Assembly (NCBI GenBank): GCA_001642005.1
Contig: LWCA01000256.1
Span: forward strand, 1 to 36,106
Source of the DNA: Intoshia linei
Lineage: Eukaryota; Animalia; Orthonectida
Length of the DNA: 36,106 nt
Direction of reading: 5' to 3'
The notes under the pieces are model-generated. The model was not told the DNA's origin and made no database searches. It saw only the letters and a list, made by a program, of their open reading frames with translations. The translations under genes were made by a program, and so were the position numbers. Positions 23,203-36,106 of this stretch are shown here, one piece after another (positions within the stretch are counted from its first letter, which is position 1; each line of letters begins with the position of its first letter).

Positions 23203-23963
23203 TCATCCCTTATTTAATATATAAGATTCGACACTAGTGAATTGTTAATTCAGTGGTGGGTGTTTTATAAATTTAAAAAATTTTTTGGACAAGAAAATTA
23301 ATCGTTAAATTTTGATAGAAATACAATTTTTATAATTAATTAGAAGCTGTTAAACATGAAATATTAATTTAATATTAACTTTAGATTGCATTTCAGTCTA
23401 AAAATGTTAAACAGTGTATATACCGGACGAACCAGGGCAGCATTTTGCGGAAGCAATAACCAAATGGTTGAAATTTAATTTTTACAATAAAATATATAAA
23501 TCTAGTTAACAGAAAACACACCAATTTTGAGAATAGTCAAGGTTGGCAGATTTGCAATAATTGCATTTGTGTGTGTAATCGTGTCATTGTTAATAATATA
23601 CAATCAAGACAATTAAAAATAAATTTTTATTTTCTGAAATGTGTAAATCATATCCTTTCTTAAAAATTGAATGCGTATACCGTTTATTCAAAAAATGAAG
23701 TCCTAGAATTTAAAGTCCAAATACAAATACCTTTTTCAGAAATTTTGTCTTTCAGGGTTAAAATCCAAATTTGTCAATATAAAATAAAATCTCTAATCAT
23801 AAACCAAAACTTTCCTCCAGGCCTAAGCGAAAATTTTGAATTTTTATATATTTGAAATAATTTCTTGTAATCGATAACGATAATATTGAGTTGGGTACGT
23901 ATTGAAAACTTATATATATTATAGAAAATAATATAATTAAATTGAATCACTTTAATACACAAA

Positions 23964-24660
23964 TTAAGCATCAGTAGCTCTTAATCTAGCATTCTTGTTG
24001 ACTACGCGAACTCCCAATTCTTGAGCACGAGTAACAATACTTTTTCTTTTTAAACTTGACACATTTGAAGCAATCACTGCAGCATATGTTTTACTGTTCA
24101 TCATAAGTGGTTCCAGTTCCTAAATTATTCAATTTGTATATTGTCGATACCAATCGAAAAAATTTTAAATTAAAAATAATCAGGGTAAATAAACGGAGAA
24201 TATTATTGCAAAGAATTTAATATAATGAATCAATTCACAAAATGTGTTAGTTATTTATTCAGACGTCAAAAAAATTAAAATGATATCAAATGGTTTCGGA
24301 ACTTAACATTAAATATATCTGCTAATGAAAGCGTAAAAATATAAAATATTAAAACGTACCTTAACATTATGTATCAAAAAGTGTTTGAAGCCATCAGGAC
24401 AAATGTGTCGATGTCTTTTATCAGTACCATAACCAATCTTTGGTTGTTTTGGAGTTCCCTTGAATCTTTTTCTCAATTTACTGTCAATACCATGAGGTTT
24501 TCTCCAACTTGGCTAAACAACAATTGTATATCATTTAAAACATTTTTAGTTATAAAATTACCCTGACTCTCTTAAAATTCGTACATTGATATCTTTTAAA
24601 TGTGTGTATGTGCTTTTTAATTTTAGTAGTTTTTCCAGTAGGTTTTATTCTGAAAACCAT
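23964..24660 (-). CDS. RPL32: 60S ribosomal protein L32 (eL32), ~135 aa
   Basis: Exons 24660-24562, 24512-24360, 24119-23964: [69 protein letters not shown]. Confidence 0.96.
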
Positions 24661-24996
24661 TTTCGATTAACACTTTATTGTAACGATAATAAGAATAAAT
24701 ATGAAGTTACACAACAATTTGAAGTGTCATTTATTATTATAATTTTTTTTCATTTCATTAAAATCATTTTTTATCAAATCTGATACTAAGACTTGTACTA
24801 AGTACGCGTATCTAATCTAGTTACCTACCAATATACATTCGTAATATAGATAAAAGATACTCTTACACCGTGTTTCGTCAGCATTGTAAGAAAAATAAGA
24901 TTTTCCCAATTTAGATAACCCAAAACAATGTCTCAAAACTTTCACTCTTTAAATTCTTTTAAAAGTGTTTAATTTGATTAAATTAATTAAAATAAA

Positions 24997-27900
24997 TTAA
25001 GAAATTTTTGATAGAGGTATTTCCAACGAATTGACCAATTTTACAAATATTTTTTTAAATTCTAGTCCATTTCCCTAATATAAAATTAAATTATGAAACA
25101 AACAAAAAATTTCAAATTTACTTTCGAAAGTCTCCAATCAAGTAAAACATCGCATTTAAATGATATTGCATTAATTTTAAAAACTAAATCTTTTCTATAT
25201 GAATCTAGCATATAAACGGTAATCTAAAGTGAAAAATTAATTACTGATTCATTAATTTCAATAATTAAATAATACGCAATTATCAAAGCATTTGAAATTA
25301 AATTTTAGGTCTTTAAGGTGATTCTTTAAAAAAAAAAGAGTGCTTTCCATACTACGACACGAGGTAAACCTGGTCATTCTGTTTACCATTCGTTGCCAAA
25401 TGTTCTAAAAAAATTAAAAAAATCGTCAAATCAAAAAATTTAAAATAAAAACGTAAATTACGTCATCTTGAACATGTTGAATAATTTGAGATGGCAAAAT
25501 TTGTTCATCTATATATCTCGGCTAAAAAAGTTAAATTCAGTTAAATTTTCAATAAAAATGAATTTTACTTGTGAGAAACACATTTTATTATTGGTTGTAG
25601 ATTTTTGTAATTTAAACAATTTTTGTTGAGATTGTGCTAAATGGCTAATATTTAAATTTATTTGAGGTTGAGAACAAGCCATTCTAGAACTTGGTCTAAA
25701 GTAGACATTAAAATAATAATTATTGACTTCAAATATTTGAAATAACACTACATAAATAACTCGGTTCGCCATGCGATTATATATTTACGGTTCGTCAGTA
25801 TTTAATAAATGGTTGAACGCCCGTACGTGTTTAGTACACAGGCGATCCGTACTACGACTATATACTATTAAATACTGTACTGTACGTACTGTGCATAAAT
25901 CAACTTAAGAAATTAAAAAATATGTCACTTACATGGTTTTCACAGGTTTATCTAAATTCAAATAAAAATAAGAAAATTGATCGTGTACTTATCATCCAGT
26001 CATGATTCATTATATCAATTATAGTAAAACGCTTTTTTGGTATATATCTTAGAATATTTTTAGCCAAATCTAAATTTTATATGTAATTTAAATTGAATCG
26101 AAAAAACCGTATGCCATATCGCTCATTCGATTAAATGGTAAAGATTTTGAAAGGTTTTTGTTTTGATACCAATCTATGAATATGGGACATCCAATGTTTG
26201 CTCTCTCCCAAGGAAAGGCTAAAATATCATGAGTAACATGTAACCAAAATTCACCTCCAACTAACATGACAATAAGTACAATTCCACAAGACCATATATC
26301 TGCAGGCTTGGCTAAATATGGTGTTCGTGCCAATAACTCTGGTGCAATGTACAATTCTGTGCCACAATAGAACTAATTTAAAAATATTACAAAAAAAATC
26401 ATATTTTCTGACAAGTTTTTAATAAACCTGTTTTTGATATTTTTATTCTAATTTTCCGTGAAATGAAAAAGAAAAAAATGATTTGAAAAATTTACCTCTA
26501 ATTTTCTTTCAATTCCATTATAGATATACATGGAGGTGAACCCAAAATCGCACAATTTTAAATTGTCTATAATTATAATTGATAAACTATTAGATTTTAC
26601 ATTTTTTTTAAAATAATCAACATTCCTTCTACAATTATAATTGTAATTATAGTTGCAAGATGTAAAGATAATATAAGCATTTTCTATTCATTACAAAATA
26701 CGAAATTTAACAAATTCGTCGATATTATAAAAATTTACAGACGCATCTAATGTACTTTACATTAGTGGTGGGTACTCTATGTCACGCGCGCGAAATTTAT
26801 TCCATTATGAAAAATTTTGGATATGAAAATATTTTTTATAATAAAAATAACCCAAATCTAACTACCGCATGGGTATATCTTTATTATATTAGTAGTACAT
26901 ATAAATTAATACATTTTTGTAAATACAATATCATATCAAAACAAATGCTAAAGTACTTTTTATCGTTCTGAAAATTAAACAAAAAATTATTCTGATAGAG
27001 CTTATTCCAGTTGATATAAATACAAAATTTCAACCCCAGAAATCTACGCATTGCCGGTGAAAAATAATATTTAATATATTATCAATCAATATTTTTCAAA
27101 TATTTTGATTAAAATTGAAAATATTAATCCTACAAATTCAAAAAATAATGTGCATTGAACGACTACTCATTTCCAATAAAGAAATATGAATGAAAATCGA
27201 TATAATTCTAAGTTTTTAATCGTGATGGCGTCAGTAAGAAAGAATGATATTTTTTGAGCATGTTAAATGGAAATAACTGTATTATCAGTTATCCTATATA
27301 TAAAAATTCTAGAACTCTTAATTTTTAAAAGAAATGGTAATTTGTGGTATTGATCGTGAAAAGGCCAATTTTTGAGATTACTATTTATGACTATAATCAT
27401 AATTTTATAACGCAGACTATAATGTATATTTTTTCATTGGAGGACTGATTTTACTATTAAAAAAAGGGGAAATCGGTTTTTAATCCTGAATGACTCAATT
27501 TCTGAAATAGAAATTTGCAATAAAACATCCATATCGAAAAATTGTATTCAAAATTGGATCTTTTTAAATTCTATGGTTTTTTTAATTATTGAAGAAAAAG
27601 GGTAATTAGAGAGGTTTAACCATAAAGATGAAATTTTCTGAGGATGAAATTCAAGAAAATACTAATCATTTCAAAATGCGTCTATAATTTATGTTTTTTA
27701 AAATTCTAGACCTTTAAAAAATTTTATATTTTAAAAAAAGTGGAATCAGTTTTTGACTGAAAATTCAATTTGCGATAAAAAATCACCATCGAAAAATTGT
27801 ATTCGAAATTGGGTTATTAAATTTTATTATTTTTTTCATTTTTAAAAAAAAGGTAATTTGTGGTTTTGACCATAAAGGTGTAAGTTTCTGTAAACTGAGT

Positions 27901-30026
27901 TTTTTTAAATTTTAGGAGGGTTTAATTAAACGGTAGCACACAGACATTCAATTTTATATAAGAATACAATTATAGAAAAATCGCCCTTTAAGGAGACAAT
28001 TCGCCAATTGTTCAGAATAGATGTTGTAGATAATTGATAAACTACGGAATTGGTAAATTGTAGAGAATAATTTATATTAATACAGTATTCTCTCTATAAC
28101 TCACCATTCTTTAGTTTGGAAAAAGTTGGCAAGATAGAGAATTTAAAACTAAAATTAATTAATTATTTTTATAATTAAATATTTTGTAACAATGGTATAC
28201 AGATTCCCCTTTTTTAAATAAATGTATTATCCAAGTTCCTTATTAAACCTTCTCTTGTGCGATTTAGAAGCATTTTAAACTTCAACGAGATTTAAAAATT
28301 ACGTATATAAAATCGTAATTAATTTTGAAAAATGATTTTAAAATTTTTAGTTTTATATTTTAAATTAATGACGAGTAAGAAAATTGGCGATTTATAGAAT
28401 AAAACATTAATATTTCCATATTACAGTAATACTCATTTGGCGAGTTATAGAGTTAGCGAGTTGTAGAGAGAGTACTGTACTTAATATTTAAAACATACTT
28501 TGTTCATCTATCATCATATTTTCAGGTTTTATATCTCTAAAATAATTTCATTTGGTTTAAAGCAACTTTATAAGTTTGTAAATAAACATATTTCTCAAAT
28601 TTAAAAAAAATTTTATTTTTTTCCGATTCCGAATTTATCATAGATAGTTTCGTTCGAATCATAATAACCACAATGCAAGACCATGGAGAGCCAATATCTT
28701 ACCCGGAGCCGGGGTAAGATAATTATTGGACAAAATTGAGGCACATGTATAAAAATTAAAAATATTTGGTTCCTCCATCCGTTGACAAACTTTTTTTCAG
28801 CGTTACTCTGCTGGATTAATATTTTTATTTCGAATATAACAATTAATTTATAATAATAGAACAGATGATCTGTGCTAGTCATACTTACATTATAAAAAAC
28901 AAACGTAAAAAATACAAACAATAAAAAACCTATGAGTTAGTCCGGATTCGTTCATATAGTTCTAAATGAGAAATAAAATTAATGGACACAAAAATCATTG
29001 CATGTAAATTAGAGCCTCAAACTGATAATATCACTGAAAAAATTGTTTCCTGTATCTGTGTGAACCACGGCTCTTAGTATGCATACAGAAATGAAACGTA
29101 TATCACAAGACGGGTAAACGAGCCGAATTTGAAAAACTTAGATTTAGAGAATTATAATCAACAGCATTGCAATGCAATGGTTCAAATTTTTCAAGTGATA
29201 TTTTTTAAATTCATTTTTAGGGTGTACACTGTACAGTGTACTGTACAAGTACAATGTCCAATTTACAGTTTATGTAATTTTACATAATAATACCAAAGCA
29301 TCCATTAATTGTGAGAAATATATTCTTGCAGTGTTTTCATTCATTCCAATATTGGGTTCTGATAAAAAGATGATTATTAAATGATAAACGTTAAGTTAAA
29401 ATAGATTTTTAACATGATCCAGTAAATACAAATTTTTTCATGACCCACCTTGAGACTCAATGGGAACTGAACAAAAATTAGTTATTAAAAATCTTTCAAT
29501 TATTGTGGTTCCTGTATTTTTTTATAAGTTTGAAAATTTAATAAATTACCGATTAAATCATACAACAATCCTCCAGACACATATTCCATTAAAATGTAAT
29601 GAAAATAATTACATGTTGAATACATGTAAAATTTAACAATGTGTTTATGTTTCAACATTTTATGAAAAAAAACTTCTTTTACAACAGATTTTTGAGAACT
29701 TGAATCTTTATTTATAATTTTAGCCGCAGCCATCATCTAAAAATAAAATTTGATAATTTTGATAAAAATTGAAAAAATTAAATACCCCAGTTTTTCTGTT
29801 TATACACATACGAACTCTATTTTGAATGAATTAAAAATTTTAAATAAAATTACTCTCCATATGCACCTTCTCCAAGATTTTCGTATATCCCCCAGTCAGT
29901 ATTAAATGGTAACTGTTGCGGTATTTCAATTTTAGTAATTTCCACATTTGATACGATTTCATCTTGAGAAACGTTTGAAGTATCAGAGGTTCTGATAGTG
30001 TCATCATTGTATATTTTTAATGACAT
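24997..30026 (-). CDS. CHEK1: Serine/threonine checkpoint kinase Chk1
   Basis: About 16 exons (30026-29854, 29816-29786, 29736-29550, 29358-29294, 28961-28930, 28536-28499, 26566-26496, 26372-26255, 26218-26108, 26069-25989, 25951-25933, 25695-25569, 25521-25462, from 25404, from 25222, 25074-24997). Motifs [51 protein letters not shown], and KA1 domain [11 protein letters not shown] and [16 protein letters not shown]. Confidence 0.95.
26990..27965. mobile_element. Helitron-family fragments in the largest Chk1 intron
   Basis: 26990-27150 is a direct copy of 18970-19150; 27300-27965 is a minus-strand copy with ~130-bp units ending in the 5'-terminal motif ACAGACATTCAATTTTATATAAG. Confidence 0.72.
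28083..28477. mobile_element. Tc1/mariner (pogo/Tigger-like) MITE
   Basis: TIRs CAGTATTCTCTCTATAACTC / GAGTTGTAGAGAGAGTACTG flanked by TA on both sides. Confidence 0.88.
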
Positions 30027-30634
30027 TCTATTTTAAATTTTGCATCAATTAAAGATTGATTTATGTAAAAAATATATAATTCAAAAAAGTTAAATAATTG
30101 CAAATATAAATTTATAAAATTTTGAATTTTCCATGGATATTTTTCAAAATAGCTGGATCCTTTCCCTGACTTTTACTTTTACAATAAAATTTCTATTGTC
30201 AATAGACATTGCGATACACCTTTTAAATTGAAAGTTCAAATGTCTATTATGGATTGTCACATTTTTATATAGCTTTACAATACTTAAGTGCATGTGACTA
30301 CCAATTTGAGTCTACATTTTAGAGTCTAAAATTGAAACCAATATTTATGATTTTTGTAGTACATTTACATTTTTTAATGTTCCAGTGACCGACTAATATT
30401 ATTTACATTATGTGCAAGTGGATGATAATTCTTCTAAGAATCTAGCTAAGAATTGTACTATGTATATTGTAAATGTACATCATGCTGAGTCAAAAATGTT
30501 ATCGAAATGGAAAGTTTTACATGAGCGACGTTACAAAAACAATTAATTTTAAAGTCGAAGGTTTCAAAGTCATTGATTAATTAATTTAACCTTGACCCAC
30601 ATTTTCACAAATTAACTTTATTTTAAATTTCAAA

Positions 30635-33600
30635 ATGAAGATTGACGTGTGTGTTTTAAAAAAATTATCCAAATTAAAAATTTGTTTGGCTAGTTCATCC
30701 CCGAGACGAAAAGAAATACTGGAAAAATTAGTAAATTTATTTTGAAATATAACTTTTTTTCTATACAGGGTTAACTCAACCTTATTATACTAATGACCAG
30801 AGCCGAACCTACTGTACCGGAGACACCTCTTCGGGTGGTATCGATCATAGAAGTTTTGGCTCAGCTCACGCTTTACTAACAAAATGACTGTACCAATTAG
30901 AATTATATTAATTATAAACTGATGTCCATTGTATGTTATATGATATAACGAAATTGAGAAAATTAAATATTGAGTTTTGAAAATTAAATAATTTTGATCC
31001 TAAAATTTCTAGTAACAATTTGGAACATTAAAATATAAATAAATAATAAATATAAAATTTACAATTGTATAAATTCACTGAAAAAATATTTTAGAATTTA
31101 AAATTCGAAATTGTATCATCAAATTATGAAGATCGAGCTTTTGAGAAAATTGATGATCCAATCGACTACGTTTTGGATCGGGCTGAAGGAAAATTAGATG
31201 ATGTTTTATCAAAGTATTTTTTATTTGATTATATAAAATAGTTCATAACTCTAGGTATGACCAGTCAATATTACTGTATGTGTTAGTATGTGGTTATCCC
31301 TAATTTTACGGACCAAAATATAATTAAAAAGTTTATTTTTAACCTTATTTTGTAGGACCTTTCTTAGTAATAAATACTTTTAATAATGATAGTGTTGATA
31401 TCATAAATTTAGTGGGAATAAGTGGGATATTGTGATATCAGCAGATACAATTGTAATTAAAGATGAAATTATATATGAAAAACCAACCGATGCAACAGAC
31501 GCTTTAAGAATACTGAAAAGGTTATAATTATTGCAGATATAATAATAATTTTAGTTTGAACAATAGGCAACATAAAGTCGTTACAGCTGTATGTATTGCA
31601 ACAAGTAATTATTTCATTAAAAAGTGACAGGGCTGATTTCAAAATTTATAAATCTTCATTAATTTCAGTTTTTTTAAGCAAATTGAGTGCATCCAAACAA
31701 AAAGTAAAACTTCTACCAAAAAAGTGGTTAATCAATTCATAATTATTTTATTTATCATAATATTTGTCAGTTTGGAATGCCCACGCACTTCTGATTAACA
31801 TTATATCAGTGGCGACTCTGGTTAATCGAGATCACTCGGTCTAATATTTCTATGACAACCACAAATTTTTTTCAAATCATATTTGAAAATAATAAATATC
31901 AAAAAAAAAATTTACAAATAAGAAGTAATTATAAACTAAATCTGAAAATGAAGATTCAAATTTTTTGTAACGATATTTAAAATTGACATAACTAAGATAT
32001 AAATAATTTCTCATAAAATTTGAGATGTAACCGTTATATAAATTTAATCTATAAATTTATTACTAGTCAAATGAAAATCTGCCCGAATTATGTTTATTTA
32101 AATTGATTTAATTTAAACATTTATGCAAATATTTTGTTTACAAGTGATTGTCAAATGAATATTCTTTTCTGAATTTCAGACTAAATATATATTTGTGTTT
32201 ATATTTTCAAATTATATTACAGATATCAGAATTTCTTCATAGAGCCTAACAATGTTAGGGTAACATTAAATTTTCTACAATACAATATATTGTAATTTTG
32301 AATACATATATATGTATCATGAATATAATACGATAATATAATATATAAATCAAATATTGTTCTTTTTCAAATCCACCTTAGATATTCTCACTACCCTGGG
32401 GCGATATCTACTATTTTGGGAACCATTTTCTAAATATTATTTTGGTGTTATATTTACAATTTTTAGAATATGAAAAAATAAAATTTCACGAAATAACACA
32501 AGTTTACTTTTCAAATTTTACTGAAGAATTTTTACAAGAATATATTGAATCCGGTGAATACGTGTACGTTTCTATTTTATTCTTTATAAAGAATGACAAT
32601 TAATTTTTCAGATCGAGTCAATTTTTAAATAACAATGAGTTATGAAGTCAATATAGCTATACATTATGACAGTGCTTTTCAACTGGTGTGTCGTGACACT
32701 TTTGTGTGTCGCCAAACTTAAAATTTCATTTAATTTTTTTTAAATTCCATTAGCAGACAATACAATTGGAAGACGTAAAAATGGAAATCAAAGATATTTT
32801 AGTGATGATGATAAATTTTACATAGCTTATTTTCAGATTATTAATAGAAAAAAATTGGTTCAACTATATTTATTAATCAATCGTTTATTTTTTTGATTGG
32901 TGTGTCACGAAATTTTTGAGATTGAAATATATGTCGCCAACCAAAAATGGTTGGAAAGCACTGCATTATAATGCATTAATATGAAAAAATTCGGAAAGGC
33001 ATTTTTAGTGTTGGACAGTGTTATGTAGTTAACATTTATTGATTTATTATACAAGTTTGACACCGTTATAATCATTTTTTTAAAGGTTACGTTTGTTGGT
33101 GGATTTGAAGTTGACCTTGACACTATTTAAGCCACGTGTATATTTAACTTAATAATTAAAGTAGTCATATACTTTGCCACCAGGTTTATAACATAATTTA
33201 TATTTACATTTGGTGAAAATTGTAAGAAAAATAAATTAAATTTGTCTAAACTACAATACCGTTTCATTTAAAAAAATTAATTTTTTTAGTCACTAAACCA
33301 GAGGTGGGAAGCATTTACTGTTCGAAGGCCGCACTAACGTCCCAAAAAATTTAATAATTCCGCACCTTTCTAAATAACATTTAATCAAAAACAGCAGTGC
33401 TTATCATGGGGGTGACTGGTGAACTCCAAGGGATGAACAATTTTATTAGGGGATGAATACGAAAATTTTAGATGATTGGGAATGATGATAAATTTTCAGC
33501 ATATTTTATTAACCTTAGTAAAATCTTATGAAAAAAACCAAAATATTACCAAACTTTAAGGAAAAAATCCCATTTTACCAAAATTTTAGATCAATGCACT

Positions 33601-33763
33601 AAACTATTAAAGAAAAATTTTAAAATTTAGTGGAAAAGCAGGTGGCTATGGAATACAGGGATATGGAGCAATTTTGATTGAGAAAATAATTGGAGATTAT
33701 TATAACGTTGTCGGATTTCCAATAAATGCTATTATACGAAATTTGAAACAATTAAACTTTTAA
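30635..33763 (+). CDS. Maf-family nucleoside triphosphate pyrophosphatase (dTTP/UTP pyrophosphatase; ASMTL N-domain-like), ~200 aa
   Basis: Exons 30635-30730, 31095-31213, 31413-31520, 31555-31604, 32467-32563, 33631-33763. Motifs [56 protein letters not shown]. Confidence 0.94.
30798..30864. mobile_element. Very short TIR element or MITE remnant
   Basis: CAGAGCCGAACCTACT versus AGAAGTTTTGGCTCAG (12/16 inverted match); the same left end recurs at 2872-2884. Confidence 0.4.
32670..32963. mobile_element. hAT (Charlie-like) MITE
   Basis: TIRs CAGTGCTTTTCAAC / GTTGGAAAGCACTG; 8-bp TSD CATTATGA / CATTATAA. Confidence 0.88.
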
Positions 33764-33810
33764 TTTAAATAATAGTTTGTAAAACAATTGTGTATATAAT
33801 TTTATTAAGT

Positions 33811-35493
33811 TTAAATTACGGGAGGTAAATTTTCATTAAATGTAAACATGCTTTCGTGTCCTAAATTTAAAATATAACGTAATTACAAATCTAAATTTGT
33901 AATTTTTTGACGTTTTTAACGAAATTATGTATTTTGATATTTTATCCATATATTTTTATAAAAAACAATTTCGCAAATCTAAGTTAAAGTATTAAAAATT
34001 GTCCTTTTCCAATTTGATATTTCAAAGAAAATTTACTTTAGAAAATTAAAGGAATTTCACATTATTTCGTTATAATATGCTTACCAGTCATAAAATAGTT
34101 CTGCCAGTTAAATGCGTGATCTGCCCGTTTTATTTTACCAGCATGTATATTAAAAATATTAAATCCATTCAATAGCATTACATTACTCAAAAGTAGTTTG
34201 ATACGGGTAAAAATGATGAATAAAATATTTAAAATAATTTACAAACGGAATAGACAAATGTATATAAATTACTCGCATCATAATCAATGGATCCATCTCC
34301 ATTGTTGACAGTTTGATTGTATGAACCATATTCAGATTGCGACGTGGGAGATTTTATAGAGTATCCACTATTTTGATTGAAGTTGGAATTTGCATTATGT
34401 CCATTACTTTGATTAAGATTAGCTTCCTGATGATTTTGATTCTGTTTTCCATTTTGATAGTTGGGTGATTGATTTCGATTAAAATTTTGCGGTGAGATAT
34501 TCCAACGAGATCTATTCGTAGTTGGATGTATAGGAGGAGCTTTATTTAAAGTAGGAATCGGGGGACGACGACTAATAGTGCCAGTAGTATGCCTGGGAAT
34601 TGGTGGAACTGCAATGGAGCGGGTATTTCTATTCTGAGTCGACGTTGTTTTAACAGACGCAAATCTAGCAGGTAAATTTGGATAAGAGCCAAAACTAGGA
34701 GTACGATTAGAACAACCTGAATTTGCATTCAGTGAAGTATTAAGTGAATTTATTTGAGGTGGAGCTCTAGAAACTGTAGCAAATCGATTAATTCGCTGTG
34801 ATGGAGCCGGAGGAGGAGCTCTAGGTGGTATAAATGCATTAGAATTGCTTCCACGTCTCATAGATTGTGGTTTACGTACAGTTAGCTCTGTTTTCCTTAG
34901 AGAAGGAGGATTGTACGAAGGCCTATTAAATTGGTTAGCAATATTTGCTCTAACAGAAGAAAAATTAGATTGAACAAATGAAACATTTTGAGGTGGATTG
35001 GAACTTATTTTTGTTGTTGAAACTCTATAATTATTTTGAGATTGACCAGGTCCTTTATTTACGGTGCCAAAATTCGGTTGTCTTGGAGGAGACCTTGGTA
35101 ATTGATTTTGAGGTAACCTTGGAGGCATTGAACGTGGAACATTTTGAGCATAGGGATTCTGACTACCTGCATTAAGAGTTGAAAACTTGTTTTGATTATA
35201 TGAAGGTCTTGATTGATTTAGAGGAGATGTGTTATTTGAAAATCGGTTTGGCGGACTGGCAGTATTCATTCTTGAAGGAAATCTGTTGGAGGTATTTGAG
35301 TTTACAGTCGAATAGTTAGGACGCTGTTGTCCTTGATTTGTGGTAAACCTGTTGTTAAAATTCAAACCAGGTGGAGCGCCCCGACGAGTTCCAAAATTAT
35401 TTGGGCTTGTATTTGTATTTGATCTAAATCGAGTCGGATTCATATTATTTACAACCCCACGAGATCTAAGACCAATTTTTGTGTTGTTATTTG
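33811..35493 (-). CDS. Pro/Asn/Ser/Arg-rich protein, WIP/verprolin-like (5'-partial)
   Basis: Large exon 35493-34273 (acceptor TTTAG, phase 1) with PPRAPPPAP and RRPPIP motifs, spliced to 33860-33811 giving DYDA-RHESMFTFNENLPPVI*, similar to the WIP WASP-binding ESRFYF..DLPPP motif. No upstream WH2 exon was found. Confidence 0.65.
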
Positions 35494-36106
35494 CTAAATT
35501 AATGGTAAATAATAAAACAAACTAGATTTAATTAAAAGTGTCAAAGCTATCAAAATAAATAAAATTCGAGAAATTAATCAAATAAAAATTTAATTTTATG
35601 CAGAAATTTCCAGATTTTCACAACAACAGAGCTGCGAAGCTTTTTTAGTTTTAAATAATTAAATTATAAATTTTATTTTATGAAATTAAAAAAGTAAATT
35701 CCAAGCAAATATTACCAATACTAAATATTACTAATTTACGAACATTTACATTGCAATAAATATTGAAAATATGGGTCAAATTTAATTATTCCAGTTAATA
35801 ATCATCTACATTTGCATCAATGGCAACTCTGCTTCAAAAAGGTTACTCGGTCTCATATTTTTTTTATGGAAACGGTACACATAAATGAAAAAATATTTTA
35901 TTTATATACATAATTTAATAATCTTGATTTTATAGCAAATTCAACAAGAATTTTCTGGTGTAACACATCATAAGAAATCATATTAGGTCGTTTTTATTGT
36001 GACTTTATTATAAAACACTATATCTTTACGAATATTTACTTTAAGCGCGTTATTTTTTATTTTTACGAAATATGGACAAATGTGTATTCGATAAAAGAGT
36101 AATTTC

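Noticed and set aside
28691-28729. miR-8/miR-200 precursor (ATCTTACC motif)
   Set aside because: Arms are too short for a pre-miRNA and the TAATACTG seed is absent.
28613-28921. 102-aa ORF as a Chk1 exon
   Set aside because: The flanking micro-exons already give a contiguous THR-DIKPEN; the ORF lies wholly within the intron.
30635-33763. Recent bacterial horizontal transfer of maf
   Set aside because: Five spliceosomal introns and host-like composition; animals have native Maf domains.

Overview
Very AT-rich animal (bilaterian) genomic DNA with compact intergenic spacers and a bimodal intron set: 34-49 nt micro-introns plus longer introns filled with transposons. This is compatible with a reduced parasite genome such as an orthonectid (Intoshia-like), but that is inference only. 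By manual splicing I reconstruct seven multi-exon genes: a solitary Hox4/Deformed-like homeobox gene (1503-7091, +), an innexin (7661-10390, +), a MOSPD2-like CRAL-TRIO+MSP gene split by a ~4.9 kb intron (14210-~23202, +), RPL32 (-), Chk1 (-), a stand-alone Maf nucleotide pyrophosphatase (+), and a proline-rich WIP/verprolin-like gene (-, 5' end not found). Introns and spacers carry many copies of a non-autonomous Helitron family with an internal ~130 bp tandem unit, plus hAT and Tc1/pogo MITEs with recognisable TSDs. The least explained signal is a dispersed set of mutually similar, partly disrupted orphan ORFs with a CUB-domain-like pattern. One of these is nested in the MOSPD2 intron between inverted Helitron-derived copies.
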